The notes beneath the pieces are model-generated. The model did not search any database and had not been told where the DNA came from. It saw only the letters and a list, made by a program, of their open reading frames with translations. Position numbers and translations under genes: made by a program. From positions 1-24,851 of the IMG/VR virus record IMGVR_UViG_2565956714_000001: a stretch of DNA of 24,851 bases, one strand, 5' to 3'. Shown here piece after piece: positions 6,920-15,698 of the stretch (position 1 is the stretch's first letter; the number at the start of each line of letters is the position of its first letter). This DNA comes from a virus (lineage: Duplodnaviria; Heunggongvirae; Uroviricota; Caudoviricetes).

Positions 6920-7644
6920 TATGCAACATTGCTCCCATGAATCAGGTGTTGTAGTGCTTTAACACCCTCCGCATTGTAGCGGAATGCTTCCACCTGTTTG
7001 CTTGAATGCGCAGATTTATCCAAGAAGAACTTCCCGTACTGCTCAGTTTTGAGGTTGTTTGCGTTAGCAATGCGACCAATCTTGTTTGCCGTTACTCCAA
7101 GCTGCTCTGCAACCTCCCCTGCTGAGTAGTAATGCTCTTCTATTGCTGGAAGAGGTATTGCATTAAAACCAACTATCGGGTTGATTATGCTTGCTGCCGC
7201 AGTCTGCTTTGCTTCCGGCGCAAGATTTGGCATCAAATCTAACAGATTGGTAACAGCTTCAACCGTCATTTTCAATGTTCGTGCCTGGCGATACTCAACA
7301 AGTCCACTCGACGATTTACCGCTTTTAATGTGCGCTTCTTGCATACTTTCAAGTTTGTCTACAAGTGTTCGGCGAACTGCTTTAGATTCGCGAGCAGCAA
7401 CACGAAGCGCCTGCTTGATAGTCATGGAGATAACATCAATGTCAGCCCCGTTTTTCCGACCTACACTTTTTGTGTAGGTCTCGCCCTCCAATTCATCCTC
7501 AATTTTCTCGATGAATTTGTTGTTACGTACTGATGGCTCTCCACATAACTTGCGAGCTTCATTAACCATCATCAGAAGACTTTGGCTGTCAATGGTTTTA
7601 TCCGTGACAACGGATCCGATGTTTGCTACATTCTTCAAAGTCAT
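6919..7644 (-). CDS. antirepressor-like protein (Rha/KilA-C/ANT-type C-terminal region)
   Basis: Start at MTLKNVANIG with an AAGGAA RBS. The C-terminal HYYSAGEVAEQLGVTANKIGRIANANNLK resembles the DNA-binding segment of ANT/KilA-C antirepressor domains. Co-oriented with the Bro-N gene upstream. Confidence 0.6.
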   Translation of the reverse strand: MTLKNVANIGSVVTDKTIDSQSLLMMVNEARKLCGEPSVRNNKFIEKIEDELEGETYTKSVGRKNGADIDVISMTIKQALRVAARESKAVRRTLVDKLESMQEAHIKSGKSSSGLVEYRQARTLKMTVEAVTNLLDLMPNLAPEAKQTAAASIINPIVGFNAIPLPAIEEHYYSAGEVAEQLGVTANKIGRIANANNLKTEQYGKFFLDKSAHSSKQVEAFRYNAEGVKALQHLIHGSNVA

Positions 7645-7732
7645 TAGGCATTCCTTATGTGGTAGTAAGGGTGTGACATAGGCCGCCAGCAGCACACTGG
7701 CGGTTTTCTTTTTGCGCCGTCCGGCGCACCAA

Positions 7733-8359
7733 TCAATGAATCCATTCCTCGCCGCGCAGTTTTGTCAGCATTGGCTGAGCGTTCTTTACGACAAAATTGT
7801 TGGTATCAAGATTCTTCATTTCACGAAGAAGTGATTTCTTGGTTTCTTCTGACATATAGCGAGTCTCATATGCAATATCGTAAATTCTTCCTGAAAGCTC
7901 AGAACCAATTTGCTTCATTCCTGGGTAGATGTGTTTGCACATTTGTTGACTCTTCTCCATCCACAATTGTAAGTAGCAGAGATTAACCAGTTCTTCGTCA
8001 GTAAACTGTTTTGCAATCGGTGAGCATTCTGCCTGCCGATCCAAAATATCCAGCACCCAGCGGCGGAACTCTTTGGCTACCGGAGTGCGAGCAAACATCG
8101 CGATTAGGTGGGCACCGCGTAGTGAGAAAACTCGCACTTTTTTGCGATAATTTCCTGAGGTACTCACTTCGAGTACCTGAGTCATTCCGGCGCTAAACTC
8201 ATCGCTATACTTGTTATAAATCATTGTTACTGCACGGCTATTTGCATATTTAAGTGCAGATGCAATATTAGATGATGTAAACCAAACACCATGCATATCA
8301 CGGGTGGGCACCAACTCAACTCCGTGGAAGTTGTAATCTGATTTTGCTACAATATTCAT
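7733..8359 (-). CDS. ant: antirepressor, Bro-N domain protein
   Basis: Start at MNIVAKSDY (AAGGAAAC RBS); the ORF-track start at 8464 has no RBS. FHGVELVPTRDMHGVWFTSSNIASALKYANSRAV is Bro-N-like. It lies downstream of the arc-like gene as in P22 immI. Confidence 0.75.
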   Translation of the reverse strand: MNIVAKSDYNFHGVELVPTRDMHGVWFTSSNIASALKYANSRAVTMIYNKYSDEFSAGMTQVLEVSTSGNYRKKVRVFSLRGAHLIAMFARTPVAKEFRRWVLDILDRQAECSPIAKQFTDEELVNLCYLQLWMEKSQQMCKHIYPGMKQIGSELSGRIYDIAYETRYMSEETKKSLLREMKNLDTNNFVVKNAQPMLTKLRGEEWIH

Positions 8360-8437
8360 GTTAGTTTCCTTGCATACGGTTACTGACATAGAGGCCCGGT
8401 TTGTGTTCGCGCACTGCCGGGCTTCACTATTTTTATT
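8360..8437 (+). ncRNA. candidate sar-like antisense RNA covering the ant RBS
   Basis: On the plus strand, an extended -10 element TGcTACAAT (8345-8353) sits just inside the ant 5' end. A directional hairpin GCCCGG...CCGGGC (8394-8422) followed by TTCACTATTTTTATT lies in the arc-ant spacer. Positional analogy to P22 sar. Confidence 0.3.
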
Positions 8438-8606
8438 GGATGACAACATCGCCCTTTGCCTCAAGTTTCATCAATAACTCCATTCGATAAGCTATCTCTG
8501 CCTGAATTGACCTATGGCATCTTTTTGCTGATTCGCGGATATGTGAATCAACCTTTTCTGTAAAACGAACCTGACGCGGCTTGATGGAAGATATCTTTTC
8601 AGTCAT
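8433..8606 (-). CDS. arc: Arc-like ribbon-helix-helix repressor (57 aa)
   Basis: Not in the ORF track (under 60 aa). Translated by hand: MTEKISSIKPRQVRFTEKVDSHIRESAKRCHRSIQAEIAYRMELLMKLEAKGDVVIQ. GGAG RBS 7 nt upstream. It is the first gene of the antirepressor operon, as in P22. Confidence 0.7.
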   Translation of the reverse strand: MTEKISSIKPRQVRFTEKVDSHIRESAKRCHRSIQAEIAYRMELLMKLEAKGDVVIQ

Positions 8607-8655
8607 TATGCACTCCTGTTTTTGAAAAACTCATAATCTCACTTTTTGTAGTTTG

Positions 8656-8684
8656 ATTATTCACTCACACTCAGTATGAGTCAA
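8656..8684 (-). promoter_or_regulatory. Pant-like sigma70 promoter with an embedded palindrome (candidate Arc operator)
   Basis: Minus strand reads TTGACT-17 nt-AATAAT upstream of arc. The inverted repeat ACTCA-gta-TGAGT (8669-8681) overlaps the -35 and spacer. Confidence 0.4.
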
Positions 8685-8705
8685 TGAATTTTTTATGGTG
8701 AACTA

Positions 8706-9347
8706 ATGAATTTTGACGATCAATTCCCATCAAGAGTATCTCTGGCAAGACAGTCCAGGGGTATGACGCAGGCGCAGTTGTCAAAATTAGCTGGTGTTGT
8801 TCAACGTCAAATAGCTGCATACGAGGGTGGTGAGGCTAAACCACGGCTTCGTGTATTGCAGGCATTAGCCAACGCATTAGGCACTACGGCTGAGTGGTTA
8901 GCTCTGGGTGAAGGTCAGGGGCCTGGAACAAAAAACGTCATGCCTGACGTTCTGGTAAAGCAAATACCAATCCTCAAACTAGATGAAGTTATGCATTACC
9001 TAAACACAGGTGAACATTCATCGTCTAGATTTCATCCGGCAATATACAATGTTGGTGACTCTGCATTTGCATTGACTATTGAAGGTGAAGCTATGACTAC
9101 AAGTTCAGGTATTAGCTTTCCCAGAGGATCAGTTGTCACGTTCAGCCCTCTAGTAAAAGCTAAAAGCAAAGATTATGTAATAGCATCATTGGATAAAGAG
9201 CAAATATTGAGCTTCAAGCAGGTTTACATTGGTGAAATAGAGACAAACTTAGTATCCCTAAACCCAATGTATCCTAATATTCTTGTTAGAAATGAAGATG
9301 TTAGTATTTTGGCAACCGCAGTTTACCTTGAAATCCCGTTGCTTTGA
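8706..9347 (+). CDS. lambda-CI-like regulator: XRE-type HTH plus S24 (LexA-like) C-terminal domain with catalytic Ser replaced by Ala
   Basis: N-terminal HTH MTQAQLSKLAGVVQRQIAAYEGGEAKPRLRVLQALANALGTTAEWLALGE. The C-terminal VGDSAFALTIEGEAMTTSSGISFPRGSVVTF aligns to lambda CI [33 protein letters not shown], with GCT (Ala, 9090-9092) where CI has the nucleophile Ser. The Lys of the dyad is retained (LSFKQVY vs FTFKKLI). No Ala-Gly cleavage motif is seen in the linker. Confidence 0.8.
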   Translation: MNFDDQFPSRVSLARQSRGMTQAQLSKLAGVVQRQIAAYEGGEAKPRLRVLQALANALGTTAEWLALGEGQGPGTKNVMPDVLVKQIPILKLDEVMHYLNTGEHSSSRFHPAIYNVGDSAFALTIEGEAMTTSSGISFPRGSVVTFSPLVKAKSKDYVIASLDKEQILSFKQVYIGEIETNLVSLNPMYPNILVRNEDVSILATAVYLEIPLL

Positions 9348-9411
9348 TATCCTTTAGGAAGCGACACATTATCATCCGGTGTTCTGCTCAAAACTAAGGA
9401 GTGGCTACTCA

Positions 9412-10050
9412 ATGAAAAAAATAGATATATATAGCGATACATCAGCCTATGTCATAGGCTCATTGGGTTTTTTAATTTTTTTTGTTTGGCAGTACCAGTC
9501 ACTATCTCCAGGATGGAGATTTTTGGGGATGTCTTTGATATCACTTGGTGCAGGAATAGCAACGCAGGTGTTGATGTATCTCTTTAATGGATGGATCTCA
9601 AAAAGAGTTGAGAAAAAAAGAGCTACTTCAATATGTAGAAGCCTAGCTATTCCAGAAGACTCTACAGATCAGGATGATATTGCAAAATGTTGGCGGTATA
9701 TGATTGCAAGATACTCAAATGAGTTACTGGCAAACAGACTGTCCGACTTAATCGGGATCGTAGTTACCTCTGTTGGAACAATCATCAGTATAGGGATATC
9801 AATTTGGTATGTCGGGATGATTGTCTATTTTGTTTGGAATAGAGACTTCAATGAACCTTCCCTTCTTTTTATACCTTTATTTTTCAGGGTATTAGCATTC
9901 ATATGTGAGTTATTGCTCTCTTTTTTCTGCAATGTTTTGTTCAACAGATACCCAGGTGAAGCAAGAAAGTTTAATAAAAACTATGATGAGTTAAGGAGAA
10001 CAGATCCTTTTCTATCAAGCAAAGAGTTCCGCGATTCCATTCGCAATTAA
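9412..10050 (+). CDS. inner-membrane protein with four predicted TM helices; possible SieA-like superinfection exclusion protein
   Basis: AGGAG RBS before the ATG at 9412. Four hydrophobic segments are visible in the translation. The DNA is AT-rich. It occupies the slot where P22 has sieA; the function is positional inference only. Confidence 0.55.
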   Translation: MKKIDIYSDTSAYVIGSLGFLIFFVWQYQSLSPGWRFLGMSLISLGAGIATQVLMYLFNGWISKRVEKKRATSICRSLAIPEDSTDQDDIAKCWRYMIARYSNELLANRLSDLIGIVVTSVGTIISIGISIWYVGMIVYFVWNRDFNEPSLLFIPLFFRVLAFICELLLSFFCNVLFNRYPGEARKFNKNYDELRRTDPFLSSKEFRDSIRN

Positions 10051-10097
10051 CAACATCCATGACATCAACCCTTAGCGATCAGTTGCATCATTGGCAA

Positions 10098-10100
10098 GTA
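10098..10100. repeat. IS3 target-site duplication, left copy (GTA)
   Basis: GTA immediately outside the IS3 left inverted repeat; the same trinucleotide is at 11359-11361. Confidence 0.7.
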
Positions 10101-10165
10101 TGATCTTACCCAGCAATAGTGGACACGCGGCTAAGTGAGTAAACTCTCAGTCAGAGGTGACTCAC

Positions 10166-10465
10166 ATGACAAAAACAGTATCAACCAGTAAAAAACCCCG
10201 TAAACAGCATTCGCCTGAATTTCGCAGTGAAGCCCTGAAGCTTGCTGAACGCATCGGTGTTACTGCCGCAGCCCGTGAACTCAGCCTGTATGAATCACAG
10301 CTCTACAACTGGCGCAGTAAACAGCAAAATCAGCAGACGTCTTCTGAACGTGAACTGGAGATGTCTACCGAGATTGCACGTCTCAAACGCCAGCTGGCAG
10401 AACGGGATGAAGAGCTGGCTATCCTCCAAAAGGCCGCGACATACTTCGCGAAGCGCCTGAAATGA
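10166..10465 (+). CDS. insE: IS3 transposase OrfA (InsE, HTH)
   Basis: [54 protein letters not shown]... matches the recalled IS3 InsE. Confidence 0.92.
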
Positions 10466-11328
10466 AGTATGTCTTTATTGAAAAACATCAGGCTGAGTTC
10501 AGCATCAAAGCAATGTGCCGCGTGCTCCGGGTGGCCCGCAGCGGCTGGTATACGTGGTGTCAGCGGCGGACAAGGATAAGCACGCGTCAGCAGTTCCGCC
10601 AACACTGCGACAGCGTTGTCCTCGCGGCTTTTACCCGGTCAAAACAGCGTTACGGTGCCCCACGCCTGACGGATGAACTGCGTGCTCAGGGTTACCCCTT
10701 TAACGTAAAAACCGTGGCGGCAAGCCTGCGCCGTCAGGGACTGAGGGCAAAGGCCTCCCGGAAGTTCAGCCCGGTCAGCTACCGCGCACACGGCCTGCCT
10801 GTGTCAGAAAATCTGTTGGAGCAGGATTTTTACGCCAGTGGCCCGAACCAGAAGTGGGCAGGAGACATCACGTACTTACGTACAGATGAAGGCTGGCTGT
10901 ATCTGGCAGTGGTCATTGACCTGTGGTCACGTGCCGTTATTGGCTGGTCAATGTCGCCACGCATGACGGCGCAACTGGCCTGCGATGCCCTGCAGATGGC
11001 GCTGTGGCGGCGTAAGAGGCCCCGGAACGTTATCGTTCACACGGACCGTGGAGGCCAGTACTGTTCAGCAGATTATCAGGCGCAACTGAAGCGGCATAAT
11101 CTGCGTGGAAGTATGAGCGCAAAAGGTTGCTGCTACGATAATGCCTGCGTGGAAAGCTTCTTTCATTCGCTGAAAGTGGAATGTATCCATGGAGAACACT
11201 TTATCAGCCGGGAAATAATGCGGGCAACGGTGTTTAATTATATCGAATGTGATTACAATCGGTGGCGGCGGCACAGTTGGTGTGGCGGCCTCAGTCCGGA
11301 ACAATTTGAAAACAAGAACCTCGCTTAG
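10462..11328 (+). CDS. insF: IS3 transposase OrfB (InsF, DDE catalytic domain); expressed as an OrfAB fusion by -1 frameshift
   Basis: [36 protein letters not shown]... with DDE-type motifs ([17 protein letters not shown]). It overlaps insE in the -1 frame. Confidence 0.92.
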
Positions 11329-11341
11329 GCCTGTGTCCATA

Positions 11342-13159
11342 TTACGTGGGTAGGATCAGTATTGGTCTGATGGCATTTGCGGCGTTATTCAGCGCTCTTT
11401 CATAGGCTGGCGTTCCAGCTTTAGTGTTTGCCAGACGTAAGAGCGCATTCCTTGCTGCTTTGGACTCATACAAGCGCATCATTGCACCGAAACCAGCCTC
11501 AAGCCCCATTGATACGCCAAGAGTCGCAGTTGCGCCAATCGTCCTTATCCTGTTGGCTTGCGATTGCCCCGTCTGAGTTACTACATTTGCGGTGTCTGAC
11601 CTTGCTGTTTGCTGTAGAACTTCATTAAGAGCATCAAGTTCTTTCATGTGCTTTCCAGAAAAAATAGTGTTGTAAATTTCACCTCCTGACTGAGATTTCA
11701 GCTTATTAACTTCAGTGATGAACTTGGCTGGAGAGTCACCGGCCTTTTCCGCTATTTTGCTGACGTAAGCTGCACGCATAGCATCTTTCCCTTTATCATC
11801 CAGTGCGCTCCAGATTCGTTTCACGTCAGATGGTTTTCTGCTTAATACAACGGTATTTATAAGTTCAGGACTGGCTTCACTGCTTGCCTTGTTGAGCTTG
11901 TTGGCAATGTTTTTATTAAGCACCTTATTATAAACGTTTGCATAATCGGAATTTGCTTTAAGGTATTTTGCTGCGTCTGATGCACCGAGGTTTTTAGCAA
12001 CTGCGTTACGAAGGTCTTTTGACATTGCATTCTCTACCATATTGGTAGCTGCTTTTGCCTGGTTGGGGAAGACCATAGCATCTCCCTGAACATTAGATCT
12101 AAATGCTGTTCTGTGCTGACGCAAGAGATCAAACGTAACATCCAAATCAGTTGCAGGGTTTGCTAATTCTTCACGTAGGTTACGCAAGGATGTAAGCAGG
12201 CTTTGATTGGCTGAAGTCCCAAGCCGTTCCTGTCTTGCGATCGCTGTATTCAGAGCATTCATGGTATTTGTGGTATCAACTGCGGCATTACCCATTTTAT
12301 TGGTGACGTCATTGATAACAGCGCCAGCAGCATCCTTCCGCCCCCTTAACGTGGTGGTCAGAGATTTCACCACATCATCAGGGTTGTACTCACCAAAACG
12401 GTCAAAATAATTGCTTACCAGCTTACTACGCGTTGCATATTGCTCCGCTCGCTTTGAGCCTGTCCCGAGCAAAGCCCCCTCGGCATCCTGAGTAAGGCCG
12501 CGAGTGAAAGCATTTTTCGGCGGGATAACATCAGATGTCATTGGTGTCACGCCCATCGATTCTGATGTGGCAATTTTCTTCGCCACTTCTGGCGCAATAT
12601 CACCTTTTATAGCCGTTATTCCACGCCCTATTCCCTTTGCTGCTGCGGAAAGAACACCCTGAGCGGCAAGGTTAACTCCGGCATTTTTAGCTGCATTTTG
12701 TGCGAAATCGCCTTTCTGATTTGCGGCCTCTGCCAGTGATCCAATAGCCATGCTTCCTGCCGTTCCAACTCCTGGAACTAAATACCCGCCAATTGTTTCT
12801 CCAGCTTGCGCATAAGGGTCTGTTGGTCGATCTACTGGACGATAGACATCGTCCAAAACCTTGGGGCCACCAAGCCCCTGGCTGATTGCATTAATCAGAC
12901 TTGCGCCACCCTGCAATACGTCAAATGGTATATTTACCAGACCACGACCAGCCTGCTCTGCAATTTGCCCTGCACTTTGACCACCAGTGAGCAAGTCAGT
13001 AGCTTTTTCTACCAGAGATTGTTCTTCTGGCTGCGATTGGTTTTGAGTGGATTGATCACCAGAAGACAGCATCTGAGCAATGCGACGTGCTCCCTCAGTA
13101 TCACCAGCAGCATCAGCATTCCTTAACGCCGTCATCAATTGTTCACGACTATAGGCCAT
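11342..13159 (-). CDS. ejection (pilot/internal) protein, P22 gp16-like; C-terminus altered by the IS3 insertion
   Basis: 605-aa ORF at the gene 16 position, co-oriented and coupled to the gp20-like gene. Its last codons and stop (11342-11358) lie inside the IS3 right end. Confidence 0.8.
   Translation of the reverse strand: MAYSREQLMTALRNADAAGDTEGARRIAQMLSSGDQSTQNQSQPEEQSLVEKATDLLTGGQSAGQIAEQAGRGLVNIPFDVLQGGASLINAISQGLGGPKVLDDVYRPVDRPTDPYAQAGETIGGYLVPGVGTAGSMAIGSLAEAANQKGDFAQNAAKNAGVNLAAQGVLSAAAKGIGRGITAIKGDIAPEVAKKIATSESMGVTPMTSDVIPPKNAFTRGLTQDAEGALLGTGSKRAEQYATRSKLVSNYFDRFGEYNPDDVVKSLTTTLRGRKDAAGAVINDVTNKMGNAAVDTTNTMNALNTAIARQERLGTSANQSLLTSLRNLREELANPATDLDVTFDLLRQHRTAFRSNVQGDAMVFPNQAKAATNMVENAMSKDLRNAVAKNLGASDAAKYLKANSDYANVYNKVLNKNIANKLNKASSEASPELINTVVLSRKPSDVKRIWSALDDKGKDAMRAAYVSKIAEKAGDSPAKFITEVNKLKSQSGGEIYNTIFSGKHMKELDALNEVLQQTARSDTANVVTQTGQSQANRIRTIGATATLGVSMGLEAGFGAMMRLYESKAARNALLRLANTKAGTPAYERALNNAANAIRPILILPT
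11359..11361. repeat. IS3 target-site duplication, right copy (GTA)
   Basis: GTA immediately after the IS3 right end, identical to 10098-10100. Confidence 0.7.
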
Positions 13160-14535
13160 TACTGCCCTCCGAGATATTTGCTAATTAATTCGTCATCGGA
13201 CAATTGCTGTTGAGGTTGGCTATCTCCATAACTTGAGGAAAGAAAACGTTTTGCCGCAGAGTTCAATGATTCACCCTTCTTAACATCCATCCCCATGATG
13301 TTTCGGTTGCGATCAGATTGTCCTGGGCTGCCGTTTGCACTCATCCACTCTGACCTAAACTCGTTGAACTTCGCGTTATTACTTTCCATTTTTGCCATAC
13401 CCCTTAACCATCGAGCCATGACCATTGGATTATCCGTTTCGCTTGGAATGCCTTTCCTTGCAAACTCAATATCCTTATCTGATGCAGGGCCGGGAGGGAG
13501 AAGCTTGGTTGCCTGCGCATTGGCTAGTTGGTTGAATCTAATCCGCATATCTCGGAGGTAGTTATCTTGCCCCGTAAGCTTAGTGAACATATTTTCAGCG
13601 TTACCGAACAAACCAGGAGTTGGCTTCTCCTTCTCAAGCGTGTCAGCAAGCGTTGTCATTGAATCGGCAGCATTACGACTAGCTGCCGCATCACCTGCTG
13701 ATTTTTCTATAGCCTTTTCCATGTTCACGGATAGTTTTGGCGCAGCATTAATAAGTTCATCGGCCTTCTTTTGTGCCTGTTGTACTTCAAAACCGAATTT
13801 CTGCTTATCAAGTGCCAGTCTTTCTGCTGCAAGTCCGTGTCCAGTCATTGCTGACTGATAGGAAAGGTTTTGCCCTCTAGCCTGAAGTGCCTCGCCAGCC
13901 TGATTGCTGCGGATTGTCTCTGCCAGCCTGCCTCGGTCAATCTCACGACCAGCCATCTTGTCCTGAACATTGAAGTAGTCAATCGGACCAAGTGCAGCCA
14001 TCCCAAGGTGATCAACAAACTCACCAAATCCTGAAGGATTCTGCTGATACATCTGAGCAACGTTATTAGGGTCAACACCGACGCGAGTCAGTTCCTTGGC
14101 GTTGTTTTGCAGCCATGATTGCATTGCTTCTGGAGACGAGGCCGCAAGGCGTGCGCCAGCCGCTAAGGTGCCGATAGAATTGCGCTGGTCTTCATCAATG
14201 AATCCCATGCCTTTACGAACGGATTCAATCTGGTCTGGATATTGAGTAGCCAACTGACGCAAAGCACCGCGATCACCAGACGCATAAGCATTAGCGTACG
14301 CCTGCTGAAATTCTTTCTGCCGCTGAGCCTGCTTTTCCTGCTGAAACACCCCTGCAATACCTGAAAGGCCTTGCAAAGCAGTCAGCCCAACATTGTTAGC
14401 GCCTGAACGCTCAATATCATTGTTCTGCCTGATAAGCTGAAGCGTATTGCCGATGTCATTTACGCTCGGAGCGTTTGAGTTGACACCACCGATACCAGCC
14501 AACAATCCGCCGTTTGTTCCTTGCCAAGTAGCCAT
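13159..14535 (-). CDS. ejection protein, P22 gp20-like
   Basis: 458-aa Gly/Ala/Gln-rich ORF in the conserved 7-20-16 order; start overlaps neighbouring genes. Confidence 0.8.
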   Translation of the reverse strand: MATWQGTNGGLLAGIGGVNSNAPSVNDIGNTLQLIRQNNDIERSGANNVGLTALQGLSGIAGVFQQEKQAQRQKEFQQAYANAYASGDRGALRQLATQYPDQIESVRKGMGFIDEDQRNSIGTLAAGARLAASSPEAMQSWLQNNAKELTRVGVDPNNVAQMYQQNPSGFGEFVDHLGMAALGPIDYFNVQDKMAGREIDRGRLAETIRSNQAGEALQARGQNLSYQSAMTGHGLAAERLALDKQKFGFEVQQAQKKADELINAAPKLSVNMEKAIEKSAGDAAASRNAADSMTTLADTLEKEKPTPGLFGNAENMFTKLTGQDNYLRDMRIRFNQLANAQATKLLPPGPASDKDIEFARKGIPSETDNPMVMARWLRGMAKMESNNAKFNEFRSEWMSANGSPGQSDRNRNIMGMDVKKGESLNSAAKRFLSSSYGDSQPQQQLSDDELISKYLGGQ

Positions 14536-14544
14536 GATTACCCC

Positions 14545-15240
14545 TTAAAACAACGAGCCAAGCAGGCCAAGTCCGCCACCGATTGCGGCGCCTAATCCAG
14601 TACCAAGACCGGGAACAATAGAACCAAGAGCGGCACCAGTCATAGCTCCTGAAGCTCCTCCGCTAATTGCTGTCTGAAGACCGGATGGCTTATTGGCATT
14701 AGCAGCGGCGAGAGCTGCGCTTTGCTGTGCAATGCTGCTCATGTTGTTGGCGTATGTCTGCCCGGCGTTCGCCTGACCTTGCAACGCACCAAGGCCAATG
14801 TTTGCCAGATTGTTGTAGTTGCTCATCTGGTTTGATAGCCACGACTGACCGAGAGTCGGCGCAATCGTAGCCAGTTGATTGCTTGTGGCTGTCGATCCAA
14901 GTCCACCCGTTGCCTCCGCAGCAGCAAGACTCTGGTAACGCGCCTGACCTGCAAGGTCTTTATACTGCTGAGAGTTGTAATACTGATTAAGTGCCTGCCC
15001 CTGTCCTTCTAAACTGGAAAGATTCTGAAGCTGGTTAACATACTGCTCCGCAAGCGGCGTGAACGGAGCAAGGTTTTTCATGATCGTCTGCCACTGCTGA
15101 TTTTGCAGGTCTGCGGCATACTTCTGAGCTTCTGCTGCATACTTTGTGCTTTTATCAGAACTGCCACCTTTCCCGCCTTTTTCAGGGTAATAAGGTTCCT
15201 CGCCGCGCAGTTTTCTGCCCAGCGTAAATGCATATAACAT
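14545..15240 (-). CDS. ejection protein, P22 gp7-like
   Basis: 231 aa, N-terminus MLYAFTLGRKLRGEEPYYPEKGGKGG, with a Gly-rich hydrophobic C-terminal segment. Synteny with gp14 and gp20. Confidence 0.8.
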   Translation of the reverse strand: MLYAFTLGRKLRGEEPYYPEKGGKGGSSDKSTKYAAEAQKYAADLQNQQWQTIMKNLAPFTPLAEQYVNQLQNLSSLEGQGQALNQYYNSQQYKDLAGQARYQSLAAAEATGGLGSTATSNQLATIAPTLGQSWLSNQMSNYNNLANIGLGALQGQANAGQTYANNMSSIAQQSAALAAANANKPSGLQTAISGGASGAMTGAALGSIVPGLGTGLGAAIGGGLGLLGSLF

Positions 15241-15242
15241 GG

Positions 15243-15698
15243 CTATCTCCCGTGATTCAGGAAGTCGATTAGTTCTTCGCGTGTGGCGCTGTAAAACGTC
15301 ACGTCATCCACGCCTTTGAAGTATTTCTTGATGGTTCCTACACGCTTAAGGCCAATCATTGCGCAGTACATCTGCCCGTGACGGAATTTGCGTGCAGCAA
15401 ATGATGTGACGCACTGAACGGTGGTGTTGGTCAGAATGTATCGCCAGAACGCCAGCCCTATTTCCTTGCTGAAGCCGCGAATCTCTGGCAGGTACATGGC
15501 GTGGCAATCGAATGTAAGCGGCTGAATCTCCTGATAGTAAACAATGCCGCCAAACTGCCCGTGCACGTTAACTTCAAAGTAACGGCAATCAGGTTTGTAG
15601 CCGTATTCATCACCGTTATTGCTCCCGGCGATAATGTCAGGGTGATTTCCGACTGCTTCTATCAGGTCGATGTTTCGCGTTGGTTTGAATGTAATCAT
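15243..15698 (-). CDS. P22 gp14-like virion assembly/ejection-associated protein
   Basis: 151-aa ORF between the needle gene and the gp7-like gene, as in the P22 order 26-14-7. Confidence 0.75.
   Translation of the reverse strand: MITFKPTRNIDLIEAVGNHPDIIAGSNNGDEYGYKPDCRYFEVNVHGQFGGIVYYQEIQPLTFDCHAMYLPEIRGFSKEIGLAFWRYILTNTTVQCVTSFAARKFRHGQMYCAMIGLKRVGTIKKYFKGVDDVTFYSATREELIDFLNHGR

Larger units (their letters stand above)
10101..11358 (+). mobile_element. IS3 insertion sequence (IS3 family, E. coli IS3-type), 1258 bp
   Basis: Imperfect terminal inverted repeats TGATCTTACCCAGCAATAGTGGACACGCGG and CCTGTGTCCATATTACGTGGGTAGGATCA. Overlapping orfA/orfB with an A-AAA-G slippery motif at 10428-10432. 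The InsE/InsF translations match E. coli IS3 as I recall it. Confidence 0.93.

Noticed and set aside
8360-8464. ORF-track upstream extension of the antirepressor ORF
   Set aside because: No RBS at 8464; the ATG at 8359 has a proper AAGGAAAC RBS, and the extension would overlap the arc 3' end.
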